Part shown: positions 7,900 to 12,047 of the stretch, one piece after another | Numbering within the stretch: the stretch's first letter is position 1 | Layout of the letters: the number at the start of each line of letters is the position of its first letter | NCBI GenBank assembly: GCA_030753015.1 | Contig: JASMDC010000064.1 | Span: 1-12,047, forward strand | Reading direction: 5' to 3' | Source: Candidatus Undinarchaeales archaeon | GTDB taxonomy: Archaea > SpSt-1190 > JASMDC01 | Length of the DNA stretch: 12,047 nucleotides | Made by a program: the position numbers and the translations under genes | Notes under the pieces: model-generated | What the model saw: only the letters and a program-made list of their open reading frames with translations | Told to the model about the DNA's origin: nothing | Database searches by the model: none

Positions 7900-8661
7900 T
7901 TACTCCTCGGGAGGTGAGCCGGGCGTGGACATTCCCGTCCCTTCTCCACTCGGATGAGGATCCTGCGGGTTCATATGGTATAGGACGGCGCCGTACGGAT
8001 CATGAGGGTTCCGGTCTATCTTTTCGAAATGGTGTAGCACGGCGCCGTACGGATCATGCCCCTTCCTGCTCTCTCCCTCGAATGGTACTCCAGAGATAAG
8101 CCCTCTCAGATCCAGGTATTCCTTCCGGGAGATCTCTCCCTTGGCAAGTCGTGTGGTCAGGATCTCAAGGGGATCCTCCCTCGAAACTGTGTTCAGATTG
8201 GTATAGTAACGTTGGAACCCGATGTGACCAAGCTTGAGTATCAATCCCCAGACCAGGATCAACAGCAACGCTATACCCAGAATCATGATGAGAGTAGAGA
8301 TGGTGGTAACGATGGTCTTCCATTGTTCAACACTCAATGGGCCGAGCTGTTGAGCGTCTATCATCGCCCTTCCTTGCTCTGAGCAGTAGAACCATTCCCC
8401 CATATTGTAATGGGTCTCCCGTAGCTTCTTGCTCCCCTCGCCACCCAAGAGCTCCGCTGACGTATTGTGTTCCTCATCGGGGTAGATCATCTCATGATAG
8501 TAGTGACCGATGCTTTCCAGCTCTTCCCTGGTGAGCTCCTCGCAGATGCGTCCTTCCTCGATGAGGCGCTCTGCCTCGGCGAACTCTTCAGAGTCGGCCA
8601 TGGCCATGGTGGAGATGGCGATTATGATGAGTAGGGAAATGAGTCTTGTTTCAGGATTCAT
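7900..8661 (-). CDS. Hypothetical membrane protein with signal peptide, His-containing ectodomain, TM helix, SHOCT-like domain and His-rich repeat tail
   Basis: Probable start ATG 8661 (MNPETRLISLLIIIAISTMAMA). It contains the ectodomain C..LT.EELE.IG.YY.E..YP.EEH......GGEGS..LR..H..M...FYC, a long TM segment, and the SHOCT-like PLEILTTRLAKGEISRKEY. It is convergent with marker 14 across a 3-nt gap. Confidence 0.75.
   Translation of the reverse strand: MNPETRLISLLIIIAISTMAMADSEEFAEAERLIEEGRICEELTREELESIGHYYHEMIYPDEEHNTSAELLGGEGSKKLRETHYNMGEWFYCSEQGRAMIDAQQLGPLSVEQWKTIVTTISTLIMILGIALLLILVWGLILKLGHIGFQRYYTNLNTVSREDPLEILTTRLAKGEISRKEYLDLRGLISGVPFEGESRKGHDPYGAVLHHFEKIDRNPHDPYGAVLYHMNPQDPHPSGEGTGMSTPGSPPEE
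7975..8058. repeat. Two-copy 30-nt direct repeat with a 54-nt period, inside a CDS
   Basis: ATGGTATAGGACGGCGCCGTACGGATCATG (7975-8004) vs ATGGTGTAGCACGGCGCCGTACGGATCATG (8029-8058), 2 mismatches. It encodes HDPYGAVL(H/Y)H twice on the minus strand. Confidence 0.95.
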
Positions 8662-8736
8662 CTGTAAACAGCTCCGGGTGTGGTTGTGGGCTTGAAGGGA
8701 CGTTGCGTCCCTCGATGACCGGGATATCAAAAGGAA

Positions 8737-8774
8737 ATAACAATGGTTATACGCCAGACATTATATGGTTTTTC
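8737..8774 (-). promoter_or_regulatory. Candidate promoter plus palindromic operator for the SHOCT-like gene
   Basis: The minus strand reads GAAAAACCATATAA (8774-8761), followed downstream by the inverted repeat ATAAC-AATG-GTTAT (8737-8750). Confidence 0.35.
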
Positions 8775-8991
8775 TTTGGGGGCGACAATCCCCACGACGA
8801 TGATGCGATATACTCGACAGAGCAGAACCGCATCGAAGCGTCCCAGAAGCGTTGGTGCGTGAGGACGGATCGTCCGGGCCATGATGGACCTGGAGTGTTA
8901 TATCATCTGCCGCCAGCATAGCGTTACGGTGTGCATCCTCTCCTAATGCCTATGCCGTGGTCAATACCAGTGATCTTGCACGACGACTAGA

Positions 8992-11313
8992 CTAGGCCTC
9001 GACGGGTGGTGCGTCACCGGGCGCTTCCAGCGCTTCGAGCTGGTAGGAGGCGAAGAGCGGACCGTTGTAGGCGTCCTTCACGGCCGACCGGTAGGAGTCG
9101 CGGACCTCCCGCATCATGACCGCTACGTCCTGAGTGAGCTGCTTATCATCGGTCTGTAGCTCGTCGAGGTTGACGCGACAGTAGCCCTCGGAGAGCTGGG
9201 CGTCCAGTGTGTACTTGTTCTGGCCTGGGGACACGAGTTTCGTCGACGTGCCGTCCCGCTCTACCTTGTAGCCCTTTGTCTCGAGAGCGTTGTAGACGCC
9301 CTGCTCGATGGTCGCCTCCAAACCGGCCCTACCGTCCTCGCCGATCTTCTCAGCCCAGCCGGTGTAGTCGGCCTTGGCGTCGAACTGACCCTTGGCGCTC
9401 ACGATGACGGGATCACGGAACGTGTTGTAGGCGGTGAAGTGGGAGTCCACGTGCTCATCGTCCCTGGTGGCAAGGAGCTGGTACATGCCCTTCTTGGCCC
9501 CCAGCTGCGTGCCGTTGGATGTTTCGAGAGCGTATGCGACGTTGCCCTTGGTCAGGGTCTGGCTCCAGGCACCGGACGTCTGGAAGAAGCTGGGCATCCT
9601 CGGATCGAACTCCGTGTCCTTGAGGAGCGCCTCCTCGTGCTCGGGGAGGAGCTTGTAGCCGTTGAGGATGTAGTCCTCCAGCTGTTCGCCGATGGTCTTG
9701 TTCAGCACGGTCAGGAAGTCCTTCCAACCCGCCCGAGGTATGCTGGCGCCCGCAGCGACGGCGTGGCCGCCACCGATGCCGCCCACGGACTCGGCAGCCG
9801 TGTTCATGGCCTCGCCGATGTCCAGGCCGGCGCCGGTGAGGTAGTTGAACGAGCGTCCGGAGAACTTGAAGAACGACTCCTCGTCGGTGTCGCCCTTGAC
9901 ATAGGTATAGGCGATGATGGGGAGCTTGCGGAAAGCTTCCTCCTTGAAGTTCGCGGTCCCCAGGGCCATGGAGGCCATGACGCCCATGGTGGACTGATCA
10001 GCGTCCTTGTAGTAGAAGGTCGAGGAGATGTAGTGGTTCTCGCCATCCTTGAGCTCGATCTCGTCCTTGTGGAAGGCGTCGAACTTGATCTTGCCGAAGG
10101 TCTTCACCAGCCCGTCCCGAAGGAGCAACCGGTAGCGGTGCCATACCTCGTCGGCCTTCTCCAGGACCTCACCGCGCTCGCCCAGGAGCACCTTCTTGGC
10201 CAGCTCGCGGTTGGCCTCCTTCTCCTCGGGCGTGGCGCCGAACTTGGTGCAGGCGGTGAGCATGGAGCCGAACTCGCTCAGGGTACCGATCTCGGTATCC
10301 CCGAACTCGCCGAGCACATACGAGCGCTCGAAGAGCTGTGACTGCTGGTACTTCTGGAATGCCTCCGAAGCACCGGACTGTTCGATGAGCTCAGAGATAG
10401 AGCCGAGCACCAGATCACGCTCGCCCTTGCTCATACGCGCGGGTGTGTAGGTGGTATGGAGCCCAAGCTCCTTGGCGAACTCACGGGCACCCTTGTCGTC
10501 TCCGCTGATGCCCTCGAGGACGGGTCGGTCGCTGCCTGCCAGGGATGTGACGATGTTACGGCGGTGGTAGCCGTAGAAAGGCCAGGAGATGGGCGTCACG
10601 AGTTGCTCATCGGTGGCCTTCTTGAACACAGTGGCGTTCACCTCGCCGTTGGGGCTGGTGCCGTCCACACGGGCACCGATCATGGCCGCAGATCCCAGTA
10701 CGTTCATCACCGGCTCGTTCGGGTTGTGGAACTCGATGTTGCGGCCCTCGAGGTCCTTCTTGTACGCATTCTGCTTGCGGGCGGGGAGCGCGTCGTACAC
10801 CGACTCAGCAAGGGAGTAGGCGATGGTCGCTCCGCTGCAGGACTCGCCGCCGTCCATACCGAAGTTCGCGGGGTTCAGCTCCTTGAAGGTGCTGTCGGGC
10901 CCCATGGGCGGGTGATGGTCGAAGATGTACACGTCCGCGCCGCATTTGTCGATCTCAGCTTCGTCCAGGAGCCGCTTGTATCCTGAACCGATGTCTGTGA
11001 AGATTATCAAGTCGGGATTGTAATCGTCGATGGTCTCGCTCAGCTGGGATATCTCGGTATTGCTGAGCTGCGGGACGCCCAGCGTCTCCACCTCGAGGCC
11101 CAGCATGGTACCTATCTCTTCTGCGATGACACCGGATGTCCGGCCGTCCACGTCCGACGAGTGGTGCACGACGAGCAGGCGCTCCGAGGTCCGGGCCTGG
11201 GATACGATGTCCCTCCCCAGCTCCTCGGCCTCCGCAAGGAAGGCCTGCGCTTTCTCGTTTTGGGTGTAATCACGTAATTTATGGCGATCCACCCCATCGG
11301 CACCTAGGACCAT
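8992..11313 (-). CDS. DHH/DHHA1 phosphoesterase, archaeal RecJ/GAN(Cdc45)-like, with a ~220-aa C-terminal extension
   Basis: DHH motifs HHSSDVDG, IFTDIGSG, IFDHH, LNPANFGMDG..SCSGA and IGARVD. DHHA1 motifs KFSGRS...GLDIGEAM..AAESVGGIGGGHAVAAGASIP. ATG 11313 has a TATA box 25 nt upstream. Confidence 0.85.
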   Translation of the reverse strand: MVLGADGVDRHKLRDYTQNEKAQAFLAEAEELGRDIVSQARTSERLLVVHHSSDVDGRTSGVIAEEIGTMLGLEVETLGVPQLSNTEISQLSETIDDYNPDLIIFTDIGSGYKRLLDEAEIDKCGADVYIFDHHPPMGPDSTFKELNPANFGMDGGESCSGATIAYSLAESVYDALPARKQNAYKKDLEGRNIEFHNPNEPVMNVLGSAAMIGARVDGTSPNGEVNATVFKKATDEQLVTPISWPFYGYHRRNIVTSLAGSDRPVLEGISGDDKGAREFAKELGLHTTYTPARMSKGERDLVLGSISELIEQSGASEAFQKYQQSQLFERSYVLGEFGDTEIGTLSEFGSMLTACTKFGATPEEKEANRELAKKVLLGERGEVLEKADEVWHRYRLLLRDGLVKTFGKIKFDAFHKDEIELKDGENHYISSTFYYKDADQSTMGVMASMALGTANFKEEAFRKLPIIAYTYVKGDTDEESFFKFSGRSFNYLTGAGLDIGEAMNTAAESVGGIGGGHAVAAGASIPRAGWKDFLTVLNKTIGEQLEDYILNGYKLLPEHEEALLKDTEFDPRMPSFFQTSGAWSQTLTKGNVAYALETSNGTQLGAKKGMYQLLATRDDEHVDSHFTAYNTFRDPVIVSAKGQFDAKADYTGWAEKIGEDGRAGLEATIEQGVYNALETKGYKVERDGTSTKLVSPGQNKYTLDAQLSEGYCRVNLDELQTDDKQLTQDVAVMMREVRDSYRSAVKDAYNGPLFASYQLEALEAPGDAPPVEA

Positions 11314-11338
11314 GAGAGGTCCGGGCGAGGTCGCCGGA

Positions 11339-11351
11339 TTATAAACCTTTC
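11339..11351 (-). promoter_or_regulatory. Putative BRE-TATA promoter of the RecJ-like gene
   Basis: The minus strand reads GAAAGGTTTATAA, ending 25 nt before ATG 11313. Confidence 0.7.
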
Positions 11352-11421
11352 TATGGGGGTGTCACTCTCCAGTGGGGTAGCAGGTCATCACGGGGTCCGG
11401 GACGGCGCTGCCCAAGCTCGC

Positions 11422-12021
11422 TTACGCCGCTCTCAAGCATCGCCCACCGACACAGTGGTCGACGCCCGTCGACACCTCGGACCGTGTGTACAGCGATGTC
11501 CGGTCGTTGGAGCTGATGGTCCAGACGGTGCCCTGGTCCTGCACGACATCATCCGGCTGCCCTTTTTACGGACACAGCGTGCTTGCCGCCTCCTCTACGG
11601 TGAGGTCGTGGCGCCAGACGGCCGCGAGCAGTTCTTCGATGCTAGGGTCCGTGGTCTTCGACTGATGCGCCCCTTTGCGCTTTCGGGGCGTCAGTTCCTG
11701 TGTGTTCCTCTTCTTCGGGTCGATGCTGCGGTAGACGGCCGACCTGCGTGAGCCCTGCCGGTGGAGCCTTCCCTGCTCGACCAGCGTGGTGAGGTGGTGG
11801 TGGACGTTGTCGTGGCCGAGGATGTCTGCAAGCTGGCCTGCGGTGAGCCCTTTGTCGCTAGCGTCGACCAAGGCGGTGATGGTGGTGAAGAGGTCGCGCC
11901 ACCGGGAGAAGTTTGCACCGTTATGCTCCCAGAGACCGTTGTCGTCGAATTTGGATACATCAGGATGGGCGAGTTCGAGACGTTCAAGGAAGTCTGTAGA
12001 AGGGTGCTCAAGAATGTTGAA
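11422..12021 (-). pseudogene. Winged-helix DNA-binding protein gene, possibly disrupted (core ORF 11566-11871)
   Basis: wHTH-like core GLTAGQLADILGHDNVHHHLTTLVEQGRLHRQGSRRSAVY. The same frame stays open upstream to 12021 with no ATG/GTG/TTG before 11871. It continues after TAA 11566-11568 with G/C-ending codons to a stop at 11422. Confidence 0.5.
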
Positions 12022-12047
12022 TCACACATAATTATTTCACATCTCAA

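Noticed and set aside
7975-8058. Possible mini-CRISPR array
   Set aside because: There are only two copies with a 24-nt spacer, they are in frame within a CDS, and no cas genes are present.
9439-10341. 300-aa plus-strand ORF
   Set aside because: It is an antisense shadow of the RecJ-like gene.
11422-12047. Alternative genetic code to explain the in-frame stops in the wHTH frame
   Set aside because: TGA and TAG end conserved genes at the expected positions elsewhere in the window, and the interrupting stops are of two types (TAA and TGA).
11923-12047. Plus-strand open frame running off the window end (M...MGEFETFKEVCRRVLKNVESHIIISHL)
   Set aside because: It is short, truncated and in antisense register with the wHTH frame, so it cannot be supported from this window.

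Overview
GC-rich archaeal genomic window. The archaeal call rests on BRE/TATA-type promoters about 22-25 nt upstream of start codons and on archaeal gene families. From left to right it holds: the 3' part of a Cys-rich cell-surface protein (+); a nitroreductase-YyaL/SSP411 gene pair (-); a Cys-repeat membrane protein (-); an RbgA/YlqF-type circularly permuted GTPase (-); a compact divergent three-gene operon mtrA-like / mtrH-like / methanogenesis marker protein 14 (+); a lower-GC SHOCT-like membrane protein with a His-containing tandem repeat (-); an extended DHH/DHHA1 RecJ/GAN-like nuclease (-); and a probably disrupted winged-HTH gene (-). The most notable element is the operon at 5128-7896. 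It encodes a corrinoid protein with no membrane anchor and an MtrB-like tail, a methyl-pterin methyltransferase, and marker 14, which shows actin-like (ASKHA) ATPase motifs. No membrane Mtr subunits, mcr or mtxX genes lie nearby. This suggests a stand-alone soluble cobamide methyl-transfer module with its own ATP-dependent (re)activase. All family calls come from motif recognition by eye; no database search was run.
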